The notes beneath the pieces were generated by a model. The model made no database searches. It saw nothing but the letters and a program-made list of their open reading frames with translations, and had not been told where the DNA came from. DNA of 64,000 bases from a virus: IMG/VR virus record IMGVR_UViG_3300037087_000150, positions 21,870 through 85,869 of that record; one strand, given 5' to 3'. Both the position numbers and the translations under genes were made by a program. Shown here in pieces: positions 28,795 to 38,319 of this stretch (positions are counted from its first letter, which is position 1; each line of letters opens with the position of its first letter).

Positions 28795-29073
28795 ATGGAA
28801 TTCGTCATTTGTCTTTTCAGAAAAACATATAGTAGTGGTGAACACAGGGAATATGTCCTTGTTGAAAAAACCGATGATGAAAACTATATTCATGAAGCCA
28901 TGGAATATTGGGGGGAATCAAGTGATGGTGGACATGGCTACGGTTATACAGTCCATTGTGATGATATTATTGAAAAACCTACTCAACAGGTTATTGACCA
29001 TCTTATCAAAGAAGTCAATGAAGATATAAAGCATTTACAAAGTTCAATTGAATTTCAAAAAATATGCTTTTGA
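28795..29073 (+). CDS. Hypothetical protein, possibly frameshifted (extends to 29194 in +1 frame)
   Basis: ORF; A6 run at 29057-29062. Confidence 0.55.
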   Translation: MEFVICLFRKTYSSGEHREYVLVEKTDDENYIHEAMEYWGESSDGGHGYGYTVHCDDIIEKPTQQVIDHLIKEVNEDIKHLQSSIEFQKICF

Positions 29074-29363
29074 GGGAGGGGATTTAGTCAATAAGAAAAC
29101 CGTAGAATATCTTCTTGGTAGAAAATATCTAAAGAGAGGTATGATACAATTTGATAAAAACGAATATAAATACGAATTTTTAATTTATTTATAAATAAGA
29201 AATGTTTGTTGGTCGATTAGTGTAATTAGATACGATCCAAAAAATTAGCACGCCGGTAGCGGAAGTTTACCCATAACATTTGGATGTAAGGGCCAAATAC
29301 ACGGAAGAGTGGTGGAGAATCGGGAGTCCACAGACCAATGAACTAAATATTATAAGGAAAAAT

Positions 29364-29801
29364 ATGGGTGTAATTTCAATCAATTACAAAGGAGGGGCCT
29401 TTATTGAAGATGATAAAGACGGAAATCAAATAAGAGAAAAGATTATTTATGAATCCGTTGAAATATCATATAACAATTTAAAGGATAAGAAAATTTTCAA
29501 CTCTGGAAATTTTGTTCAGGATTGGTATGACTGTAATAGATTTATCATCATGGAACTTTGTGATAAGGAATATAGATTTTCAAATTCCAGTTCAGTTGAT
29601 CATTTTATTATGGATGGTGCACCTTATGAAAGTGCGTATTTGAAAAAAGTAAAATCGAATTTATTAAATGAGGGTGGACCAGATAATAATTGGTATTTGG
29701 ATTATGAATATGACCATTCAAATCAAGGGATAGAATTTTTTGTACCACAGGGAACAAAACCAACTTGGGAAGAATTGAAAGCTAAATGTAAAAAAGATTA
29801 A
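29364..29801 (+). CDS. Hypothetical protein
   Basis: ATG 29364 preferred over TTG 29280. Confidence 0.6.
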   Translation: MGVISINYKGGAFIEDDKDGNQIREKIIYESVEISYNNLKDKKIFNSGNFVQDWYDCNRFIIMELCDKEYRFSNSSSVDHFIMDGAPYESAYLKKVKSNLLNEGGPDNNWYLDYEYDHSNQGIEFFVPQGTKPTWEELKAKCKKD

Positions 29802-29869
29802 CAACTTTTAATATTAATACAACTATAATAGAACCCTTCAATTAAATCAATCAATATAATTAAATTAAT

Positions 29870-30667
29870 ATGAAACGAGAAATGACATACAATGTATTTA
29901 TCGATGACAAACTTCGTCCTCTCGATATTTTTTACAAAACAAGTAATCCTTTATATAAGGAACAATTTGTGGTTATCAAATCATACAGTCAATTCACTGA
30001 ACATATCGAAGAACAATTCAAGAAAGAGGGAACTTATCCCGGCTTTATTAGCTTCGATTATTTATTGGCTGATGTCATTATGCAGGTAACAGAGGATTTC
30101 ACTGTTTTTAATAATGAAGAATCCTACACTCCAACTGGTTTTGAATGTGCACAATGGATCGTTGATTTTTGTAAGACAAATAATCTTCCTCTTCCAAAAT
30201 ATAACATTCATGACATGAATCCTACGGGAAGAAGATTAATTTCCAAGGCATTCAACAAATCATCTGTTACAATGACCGCTTCAGATCCTTTCATTGAAAA
30301 AACAACAGTTGTAGTGAAAGATTCGATAACAGAGAATCCGATTCATGAAGTTCCGAAAACGGTAAAACCCGAAAAAACTGAGAAAAAAGCTAATTCAGAA
30401 ACCAAAAAAGCTAATTCCGTAATCAATAAAACTAAGGATAAGGAACTCATAACTGGTATCCTAATTGAAAGTTTAAAGGGTAAATCACTCTCTAAAAAAG
30501 AAATTGATGTTATCCTTATTCCCGAATTTTCAGACAGTTATACACTGAAGCAGAAGAAAACTAAGATTGAAAATATTATGTGGGAACTTAAGCTAAAGGG
30601 TATTATTGTGAATACGGGTACAATTCGTGTTCCATCGTGGAAATTAGTGAAAAAAGAAAAAAAATAA
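29870..30667 (+). CDS. Cyclic-phosphate-processing receiver-like domain fused to a C-terminal winged helix
   Basis: VFIDD..RP, ISFD, TGFECAQWIVDFC, IHDMNPTG; C-terminal LKLKGIIVNTGT...W. Confidence 0.6.
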   Translation: MKREMTYNVFIDDKLRPLDIFYKTSNPLYKEQFVVIKSYSQFTEHIEEQFKKEGTYPGFISFDYLLADVIMQVTEDFTVFNNEESYTPTGFECAQWIVDFCKTNNLPLPKYNIHDMNPTGRRLISKAFNKSSVTMTASDPFIEKTTVVVKDSITENPIHEVPKTVKPEKTEKKANSETKKANSVINKTKDKELITGILIESLKGKSLSKKEIDVILIPEFSDSYTLKQKKTKIENIMWELKLKGIIVNTGTIRVPSWKLVKKEKK

Positions 30668-30747
30668 GCTAAAAATTTTTTTATTAGAAATAAATTTCAT
30701 TATCTTTACAGAAATCATTAATCAAATCAATATTAAATCAAAAAGGT

Positions 30748-30840
30748 ATGTTCGACAGTCTTAAAAAGAAAATGATGTCTCCTGAGTGGCAAGCACAAGA
30801 AATCAAAGAGGAAATTAAGAAAATTATCGAAGAGAATTAA
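30748..30840 (+). CDS. 30-aa peptide MFDSLKKKMMSPEWQAQEIKEEIKKIIEEN
   Basis: Sits between a host-type promoter (30677-30708) and a strong terminator. Confidence 0.5.
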   Translation: MFDSLKKKMMSPEWQAQEIKEEIKKIIEEN

Positions 30841-30871
30841 TATCATGTTTGCTTAATGATTGGTTAATTCC

Positions 30872-30910
30872 GAATTCTCCGCCTCGTGAGGGGCGGGGAA
30901 TTCCCTTTTT
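30872..30910 (+). terminator. Intrinsic terminator
   Basis: GAATTCTCCGCCTC-GTGA-GGGGCGGGGAATTC then T tract, between convergent genes. Confidence 0.8.
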
Positions 30911-30912
30911 GA

Positions 30913-31872
30913 TTATTGAGTAAACAAAGTTTTCTTTATTTCTGAAATATAAGATATTAAATGAATGACAGGATCTACTGTCGTTTCATAATTTTCATTA
31001 TAACTTTTTGAAATTCCAATAAGGTTGAAACCCTTATTTGTAATTATATCTGGATGATTAGTTTTTAGATATTTGTAGAATGGTCTACCAAGAATAAACA
31101 TTAAATCCTTTGGCCTATTTGTGTAATTATCTACAACAAAATCGTAAATATTATCAAAAGTAGACTTACTACCTAAAATAAATTCATAGATATCCGTATA
31201 GGTTTCCTGAATTTGAATATCCTCATTCCCCGTCAAAAATATAGCATGAACACCCTGAACAGCCGCTCTCAAATCAGGGAAATAAGTATTTATCAAATTT
31301 GTTATTGTTTCTGGTTTCAAATTTAATCCAGCGTGTTTACTAACAGCGGTTAAATACTTGGTATATCCACTATGTAAAAATTCTCTTTCTTCATCATTTA
31401 TCGGATCAAATTTCAATAATGGTTCGAAACGAGATAAAAGAGCCGGAACTTTAATGGATTGGATTTCATTCATTGTAATAATGAATCTAACCCTCTGGTC
31501 ATAATCTTCAATAAATGCCTTGAAAGCCTCTTGAAAATCCTTAGTCGAATTCTCAAATTCTTCCATATAAACATATTTCATGCTATCATCTGATTTGATA
31601 AATGGAGATTTCATAGAAGTACAAAAATCTTCCAATTCATCCCTTAATGTATCTATCTTTCCATTTAACGATGCATTTATTCTAATAAAATCTCTATCTT
31701 TCAATAAAATTCTGGTAATTGTACTTTTTCCAGTTCCTTGATGTCCGTGAAGTAAATAATTCCTTTTGAATCCCTCTCCAAGTTCGGCTTTGATTCTCGG
31801 AAGAAGAACCATTTGATTCAATGATTTTGGACGATATCTTTCCCAGAATAATCCATCTATATAATTAGGCAT
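30913..31872 (-). CDS. Sliding-clamp loader large subunit (T4 gp44/RFC-like AAA+)
   Basis: WERYRPK, GHQGTGKST, INAS, LLSRF, FPDLR. Confidence 0.9.
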   Translation of the reverse strand: MPNYIDGLFWERYRPKSLNQMVLLPRIKAELGEGFKRNYLLHGHQGTGKSTITRILLKDRDFIRINASLNGKIDTLRDELEDFCTSMKSPFIKSDDSMKYVYMEEFENSTKDFQEAFKAFIEDYDQRVRFIITMNEIQSIKVPALLSRFEPLLKFDPINDEEREFLHSGYTKYLTAVSKHAGLNLKPETITNLINTYFPDLRAAVQGVHAIFLTGNEDIQIQETYTDIYEFILGSKSTFDNIYDFVVDNYTNRPKDLMFILGRPFYKYLKTNHPDIITNKGFNLIGISKSYNENYETTVDPVIHLISYISEIKKTLFTQ

Positions 31873-31928
31873 AATATAAAAAATTTATTTACCTATTTTA
31901 TGAATAAATTGACGAAAGGTTTAATATT

Positions 31929-33086
31929 TTATATTATTCCCATAGATTTAGGATCTACAAAAATTGTGGTATTATTAATTACCCAATCTCCATTCTCATC
32001 CTTAATTCTATTGACACCATAGAAACCAGTTTGAATACCAGATGCTTTTCTATTGTTATACCCGGCTAAATAATCACTTTTCAAAACGGTTTTTTTAGTT
32101 GGATCATTAGATCTCAATTCGAAATGTAAGTGATTACCATATGAAAATCCAGTATCACCAATAGTCCCTAACAATTGACCTTTATCAACCTTATCACCCG
32201 CTTTAACAAATACATCCTGTAAGTGTCCATATATTGCCACATATTGTTTACCGTCATTCGGAGAATAAAAAACTAACCAAACTGAATTACCATATCCACT
32301 CGGAGAACGATAAATACTCTGACCATATTTATTTATACCACTTCCTTTTGGAGATTCTATTTGATTAACATATGGACTATACGCATGTTGAATTATACCG
32401 GCATACACAGCATATACTTTTGTCCCATTTTTTGCCCCAATATCTGTTCCCCCATGAAATTCCCATTTACCGCCATTTGTTAAAATTCTAAATCCAAATG
32501 GGGATGTTATAGTTCCTACATGATTAGTTGGATGTGCAAAGACATCAGATACAGAAAGAATCTCTGATGGGTTTATTTGAGTTGTTGTTACTGTTCCTGA
32601 TGTGGTCGTTGTGGTGGTTGTTACAGCATTTGGATCTGAATTATCAACATAAGTGATTCCATTTTCGTTTATTATAGTTCCCAAAGTCATATCTTCACTC
32701 TCCAAAAATGTAACTCCTGAATCAGCATTTGTAAATCCACTCAATAAATCATCAGCATTCTGACCTACCTCTTCAAAATAATCTGGGTTGTTTTGTTGAA
32801 TATATTGAATTTTATTAACCTCGTCCTTATTTACTTTATCCACTAATCCAACATCAACATATTTTCCATCTTTGTCATTATCTTCTCCATTTGGTGAACC
32901 AGTTTGTTCACCTTTAGATAAAGTTGAACTTTTGGAATCACTCATTTGTTGAGTTTCCTTTTGAACCGTTGTTTTTACTGTTTGTTTGGCTTCACTTCCA
33001 GTATAATCACTATCACTATATTTTACTTTATTGATGGTCAAATCTGTATCATCTACATTAGGATCACTATATCTTTTTCCAGCCAT
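31929..33086 (-). CDS. M23-family peptidase (tail-associated peptidoglycan hydrolase)
   Basis: ITSPFGFR, HGGTD, YGHL, HLHFE. Confidence 0.88.
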   Translation of the reverse strand: MAGKRYSDPNVDDTDLTINKVKYSDSDYTGSEAKQTVKTTVQKETQQMSDSKSSTLSKGEQTGSPNGEDNDKDGKYVDVGLVDKVNKDEVNKIQYIQQNNPDYFEEVGQNADDLLSGFTNADSGVTFLESEDMTLGTIINENGITYVDNSDPNAVTTTTTTTSGTVTTTQINPSEILSVSDVFAHPTNHVGTITSPFGFRILTNGGKWEFHGGTDIGAKNGTKVYAVYAGIIQHAYSPYVNQIESPKGSGINKYGQSIYRSPSGYGNSVWLVFYSPNDGKQYVAIYGHLQDVFVKAGDKVDKGQLLGTIGDTGFSYGNHLHFELRSNDPTKKTVLKSDYLAGYNNRKASGIQTGFYGVNRIKDENGDWVINNTTIFVDPKSMGII

Positions 33087-33091
33087 TTATT

Positions 33092-33769
33092 TTAAGTCAA
33101 TTTTTTTACTTTATCATTATCCACAATGAAAACATTTTTAGATAAAAATGTATCTTTGACAGTCTTATATTCTGCCAATATTTCATCCAATTTCAATTTT
33201 ATAACAGGATTTCCCTCAGCAAGTAGTGAACTTGGTTTAATGAGTTCATTCACAAATTTATCGAACCAATCAAAAAAATGTCCTGTTAATAAAGCTTGTT
33301 GATCAGCATCAACAGTCCCCAGAGTTATATTTCCTTTACTGTCTTTTAATTCCAGATTTATATTTGTATCGTTAATTGTCATTTTATTGAACAAATAATC
33401 CAATGTTAAATCTGTATCATCTACATATATTTGGCATCGTTCATCAAATGTCAATGCAGTAAAATTAGCGTATTCATCATCTCCCAAATCCGCCAATTTT
33501 TTCTGTAAATTTGTATTGAAATAATTACAAGCAACATAATAGGGTTGATAAATATCTCCCCAACCAAATATAACAGACACGATTTTACCAACAGCTGGTA
33601 CATTAAACGATTTTCCATCTACTGAATATCCCGGAGAAGCATATGGAATATCAGCTAAAGGTATATCATCAAACATACCCTGAACCCTGACTTTAATTCT
33701 ACCTTTCCTGTTAGGATCTTTATTATCTTCAACGATTCCAAAGAAAATTTTATCACTTAAATGTTTCAT
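33092..33769 (-). CDS. Baseplate hub/spike protein with gp5-like N-terminal OB fold
   Basis: GIVEDNKDPNRKGRIKVRV...P.VG..V.V.F..GD...P.Y. Confidence 0.8.
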   Translation of the reverse strand: MKHLSDKIFFGIVEDNKDPNRKGRIKVRVQGMFDDIPLADIPYASPGYSVDGKSFNVPAVGKIVSVIFGWGDIYQPYYVACNYFNTNLQKKLADLGDDEYANFTALTFDERCQIYVDDTDLTLDYLFNKMTINDTNINLELKDSKGNITLGTVDADQQALLTGHFFDWFDKFVNELIKPSSLLAEGNPVIKLKLDEILAEYKTVKDTFLSKNVFIVDNDKVKKLT

Positions 33770-36411
33770 TCTTCAATTAAATTGTTTTCATAGGATTCAC
33801 CCAAATCTTGTTTTGATTTTTCCGTAGTTTTAATATCTATTGTATCTCCCTCTAATCCTTGTTTTGGTGGTATAACATTATTATATAATGAATTTAGATC
33901 GGTCTGATTATGTCCAATCGAATTATTATCATATACATTATCCAAAGAAACATTTCTCTTTTGATCGGTATTTGTAAAATCAGATCCCAAATCTGTATTT
34001 GGTCTTATTCCATTATTAGCAAAATCATTTCCTAAATCCTGAACAGATGGTTTTTCTGTTCCACTGAATAATGTACCCATATCCTGAGTTGATTTTTGAT
34101 TTTCATTATTCGTAAACAATGAATTTAATTCAACTGGAGGTTTTTCTACTTTACCGAAAAGTTGATTCAATTCAGGTACAGGTTTTCCAGCAACATTACT
34201 GAAATCAGTACCTAAATCGTTGGTATTCTTCACTGATAAATTAGAATATAAATCACCCAAAGGTACATATGTTCTTTGAACCGAATTATCATAAAGTGAA
34301 TTTAAATTAACTGTCCTCAATTCAGATAAATTAGTGTAAAGAAATCCAAGTGATGGACTCGTTCTATTTCCCTTACCGAATAATGTAATGTTGGTTAAAG
34401 GAATTCTACTTCCAATATTAGCGTAATCGTTTCCTAAGTTACCATGTGTCGGTATTCCATCATTTGTATAGTCGAATCCTAAATCCCCATGAATTGGTGA
34501 ACCATTGTTTGTATAGTCGAATCCCAGATCACCGTGAATTGGTGAACCATCATTTGTATAGTCAAATCCTAAATCCCCATGAATTGGTGAACCATCGTTA
34601 GTATAATCAAATCCTAAATTACCACCAAAAGTAAATCCGATATTTGTATAATCGAATCCCAAACTACCAGTGTGTGGTGGTCTTAAAAATAGTGAAATAA
34701 ATCCAAGATCTCCATGAGTTGGTGTTCCGTCATTATGATAATCGAAATCCAAATGTGGTTGTCTTGGGGCGGTTGTTATTTGTTGATAATCATTACCAAG
34801 ATTTAATCCAGCTATTCCAGAAGGAAGAACTCGATTAAAATTATCTTTCATATCCAAGGTGAATTTTGCTATAAGATTTTTCCTTGCCAATAATGGATCA
34901 ACATTAGGTAAATCACCATTTACTAATTCATCAACTGGACTATTACCTGTTTCACCAATACTACCCCTTCTACCATAAAATTCATTTTCATTATTTGTAT
35001 TATCGTATACTGCACCTAAAAGATCTGGTGGAAGTTTTGGAAATGGTGGTTGAAATTTAGGTATATAATTTTGTAACATATTATTCAACGATGTCGCGGC
35101 ACCAAAGGCACCAGTGAGAATATCCTGCATTGAAATTTCCTCTTCCAAAGTTCTTCCTAATTTATCTCTGAATAAATTTGTTAAAGATAAATTGGAATCA
35201 ACCTCTTTATTATTAACTACATTATTTCTTTCACCTTTGATCAATGGTGTTCTGAATTCTTTCTGTATTGATTTGTAAATAATATCAAACTTAACAGTAG
35301 ATGGATTATCTTGTTTAGCTACACCGAAACCACCATTGATAACTTCATCTCCGAAATTTTTAGAATTGAAAAAATCAAAGTTACAGTCATATAAAGTATA
35401 AATCTCAGAAGCCTTATCATACATATAATCAGGTGATTCGAAATGATTTAATAATTTCATAGTTCTCATATCAGAAAAACGAATCATCATTTTAAATCTC
35501 ATTAAATTATCTGGTAAATTATATCTTTGTTGAGCGTAATTATATGCGAAATTGTTATATGAATCAATCATGTAATTCACCAACATAGCGACATCTTCGG
35601 AAAGTGTTATCGTCAATTTATCTTCAGTATATTTTGGAATCTTAGCAGTTAATTTGTCCAAACCAAGTATAGAATTTATATACCAAACCTTATTTCTTTT
35701 AATTTCAGCACTATTCATAACAGGAGATATAGGCATAAATGGAACATTTGTAACCTGATATTTTTGAGGTCCAATTCCATTAAATATTTTAAAAAATAAT
35801 TGAGTAAATTTCTTATAATGAATCCAAGCTTTATTTAAATAATCATTCGTAGCGTATACTTCAAAGAATCTATCAATTTCACCATTAAACAAAGGAGATA
35901 CTGTCCTATCAAATATTATATCAAAAGACATATATAATGGATCTTCATAGAAAGAATCCGCGTCATCTGTTCTATCCATTAAATATTTGAAATTCTCCAA
36001 ATCATATTCAACCAATGGTTGTGTATGAATATCTTGTCCTAATCCTAACACATCATTAGCTTCTGGTGGTAAAAAATCAGCCAATACATTTGATGGTGAA
36101 AATGGATCGATTGGTGGGAGTGGTGGAACTGGTACTCTTTCATATCCTGAGATATAATGATTCCCACGCATTATATTCATATTTTGATTAATCACATCTT
36201 TATCAACATTAAATAATCCATTTATACTGTTTTGTAAATCGGTAATACTACCGGCTAAATTTATAGCCGAATTGGCCAAATTTACTGAAGCTGAACCAAA
36301 ATTCGATGGGTTTTTCATTTGATTAATTGATCCACCAATTCCCATAGCACTCGTTGATATATTACTTGCACTTGTCGGAATATTATTAAAATTGTTAGTT
36401 AAACTTGGCAT
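33766..36411 (-). CDS. Large structural protein with C-terminal 15-aa repeats
   Basis: 881 aa within tail module; HGDLGFDYTNDGSPI repeats. Confidence 0.65.
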   Translation of the reverse strand: MPSLTNNFNNIPTSASNISTSAMGIGGSINQMKNPSNFGSASVNLANSAINLAGSITDLQNSINGLFNVDKDVINQNMNIMRGNHYISGYERVPVPPLPPIDPFSPSNVLADFLPPEANDVLGLGQDIHTQPLVEYDLENFKYLMDRTDDADSFYEDPLYMSFDIIFDRTVSPLFNGEIDRFFEVYATNDYLNKAWIHYKKFTQLFFKIFNGIGPQKYQVTNVPFMPISPVMNSAEIKRNKVWYINSILGLDKLTAKIPKYTEDKLTITLSEDVAMLVNYMIDSYNNFAYNYAQQRYNLPDNLMRFKMMIRFSDMRTMKLLNHFESPDYMYDKASEIYTLYDCNFDFFNSKNFGDEVINGGFGVAKQDNPSTVKFDIIYKSIQKEFRTPLIKGERNNVVNNKEVDSNLSLTNLFRDKLGRTLEEEISMQDILTGAFGAATSLNNMLQNYIPKFQPPFPKLPPDLLGAVYDNTNNENEFYGRRGSIGETGNSPVDELVNGDLPNVDPLLARKNLIAKFTLDMKDNFNRVLPSGIAGLNLGNDYQQITTAPRQPHLDFDYHNDGTPTHGDLGFISLFLRPPHTGSLGFDYTNIGFTFGGNLGFDYTNDGSPIHGDLGFDYTNDGSPIHGDLGFDYTNNGSPIHGDLGFDYTNDGIPTHGNLGNDYANIGSRIPLTNITLFGKGNRTSPSLGFLYTNLSELRTVNLNSLYDNSVQRTYVPLGDLYSNLSVKNTNDLGTDFSNVAGKPVPELNQLFGKVEKPPVELNSLFTNNENQKSTQDMGTLFSGTEKPSVQDLGNDFANNGIRPNTDLGSDFTNTDQKRNVSLDNVYDNNSIGHNQTDLNSLYNNVIPPKQGLEGDTIDIKTTEKSKQDLGESYENNLIEE
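34457..34620 (-). repeat. 45-bp coding tandem repeat, about 3.6 near-identical copies
   Basis: Units start at 34457, 34502, 34547, 34592 on + strand; degenerate copies flank. Confidence 0.85.
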
Positions 36412-36415
36412 TATT

Positions 36416-37828
36416 TTATGTTGTTAATTTTTTTGGTTTATAAAGAGTTGTTAATTCCCTTCTAACCAGTGTTACTTCTTGTACAAAAATTGATTGACCA
36501 CCTTTTTGCATATTTCTTTTATCCATAACCCAATTTATTCCAGTTATCAACCATTTTCCAGATAAACGATTATTTATCTTATTTTCATTAGCGTAAACTT
36601 GTTCAACACTTTGATCATCTTTTCCTTTCTTTGTTTCCATATCCGTTAAATCATATAAAACAAGTTCCACAGGTTGGAAACGGAACAAGGAAAAATTAGG
36701 ATTTGGCATAACGACATTCATCTTGATTTTTTGTAAAGACAAAATGTTGTTTTCATTTTGTTTTTGTGCATATAAAATATTTTTATGAACATTATCTGTA
36801 TCAATTTTACCAAGAAAATATTTCTTTTTTTGTTGAACATTACCAGCGTTTGTATTTACATCATCATTTCTTTGTTTCAAGACAATAGCTGATTGATCAC
36901 TCCCAGCGGTTGATATTGTATCGAGTAATAATTGAATAAAATCTTTTCCTAAATCATCGAAATAATAAATATAAGGCTCATACCCTATATCCATGTTTAT
37001 ATCGGTGCTATCGTTATCAAGATTCCATCTATCAATATATAAATTACTTGATCTTTTATCTGGGTGATTCGACAAAATCAATGGAATGGTTTGTTCTGTT
37101 CCATTCAAGTCATTGGAATTTAATATCGTTTGTTGATTGGTAATATCTTCATTCAAAGCTGTTTCGATATCAATATAATTTAAATTATAGTAATAATCAA
37201 TGAACGACCACAAAAAACTATCATCACTTTTATAACTTTCCGAAACGACATCAGGTAAAAAATCTTTAATATAATCCTCACCCGGATTTATCCATGTCAT
37301 ACTATCATTTGTATCATCTATATTTGTTACAAAACCAAGTAATGTTTCTTTTGCCACTTGTTGTAATACTTGAAAACTGGTCATACTTGGAAAACTCATA
37401 TTCTTTATAATAATAGGAATATCCAAAATACATTTCATGTTATAAATTTTATCATCTCTCATTCCAGTTTTGACTAAATTGAAATTCTTAATATAAAAAT
37501 CACAACGAATAGGCATCAAATTTTCAGAATTTGCCTTTATCATTAAACTCACAATTGATTTATCAAGAGGAAACATATAATCATTTAGTTTATTAGTCGG
37601 ATCTCTAAAAGTACATTCTAATTCTGGAATATACTTATCACCGTATAATTTAAAATAAATAATATCTTTGGCTTCAACGAGTAATTTATCCAGATATGAA
37701 AACACCAAATAAGGAAACTTACCAATATCACTTGCCCATTGAATAGCATCTTCTGGCTTAACTTCTGGTTTATATGATATCGTTAAATCTTCTAAAACCT
37801 TATCTGATGATGTTATTCTTTTTATCAT
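36416..37828 (-). CDS. Probable baseplate hub/tail protein (gp27/GpD-like)
   Basis: Module position; LSGKWLITGI...Q.V.LVRRE C-terminus. Confidence 0.55.
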   Translation of the reverse strand: MIKRITSSDKVLEDLTISYKPEVKPEDAIQWASDIGKFPYLVFSYLDKLLVEAKDIIYFKLYGDKYIPELECTFRDPTNKLNDYMFPLDKSIVSLMIKANSENLMPIRCDFYIKNFNLVKTGMRDDKIYNMKCILDIPIIIKNMSFPSMTSFQVLQQVAKETLLGFVTNIDDTNDSMTWINPGEDYIKDFLPDVVSESYKSDDSFLWSFIDYYYNLNYIDIETALNEDITNQQTILNSNDLNGTEQTIPLILSNHPDKRSSNLYIDRWNLDNDSTDINMDIGYEPYIYYFDDLGKDFIQLLLDTISTAGSDQSAIVLKQRNDDVNTNAGNVQQKKKYFLGKIDTDNVHKNILYAQKQNENNILSLQKIKMNVVMPNPNFSLFRFQPVELVLYDLTDMETKKGKDDQSVEQVYANENKINNRLSGKWLITGINWVMDKRNMQKGGQSIFVQEVTLVRRELTTLYKPKKLTT

Positions 37829-38304
37829 TTTAAAGTGTTAATTATTTTTATTGTATTATTGTTTGTATCTACACTAATTTGTTTCAATGTTGTTGGTTTA
37901 ACAGTTGGTGATAAATTTTCACCTGTTTCTCTGTTATAAGTTATTTTTCTTTCTGCATTAGGATCTACCAAACTATCAATAATTTGTTGATCAGTTTGAG
38001 TAGACGGTTCTTTTCTTAGTTTATCTATGTCTGTCGGGTCTGGATACCACAGTAATGTTCCCTCAGTCAAGGAAAAACTATCAATCACATTATTCAATGT
38101 CATTATTTCATCTATAAAATTACTATTACCATACATTGCACGAAGAACCAAATCTGGTCTCATTTCATCCACATTTGTTACAAAATGTGGATACAAAACC
38201 AAAGTATCATTTGTTACTACAAGAGGTGTAATAATATTGGTGATTGGATTTCCATCATCATCTATTTGAATAGTTCCATTTTCTAATGTATATATGTTAC
38301 TCAT
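37825..38304 (-). CDS. Baseplate wedge protein, gp53/LysM-like
   Basis: EMRPDLV...MYG...I..LNN..D.FSL.EG..L..P. Confidence 0.7.
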   Translation of the reverse strand: MSNIYTLENGTIQIDDDGNPITNIITPLVVTNDTLVLYPHFVTNVDEMRPDLVLRAMYGNSNFIDEIMTLNNVIDSFSLTEGTLLWYPDPTDIDKLRKEPSTQTDQQIIDSLVDPNAERKITYNRETGENLSPTVKPTTLKQISVDTNNNTIKIINTLK

Positions 38305-38319
38305 TTTTATTTTTATTTT

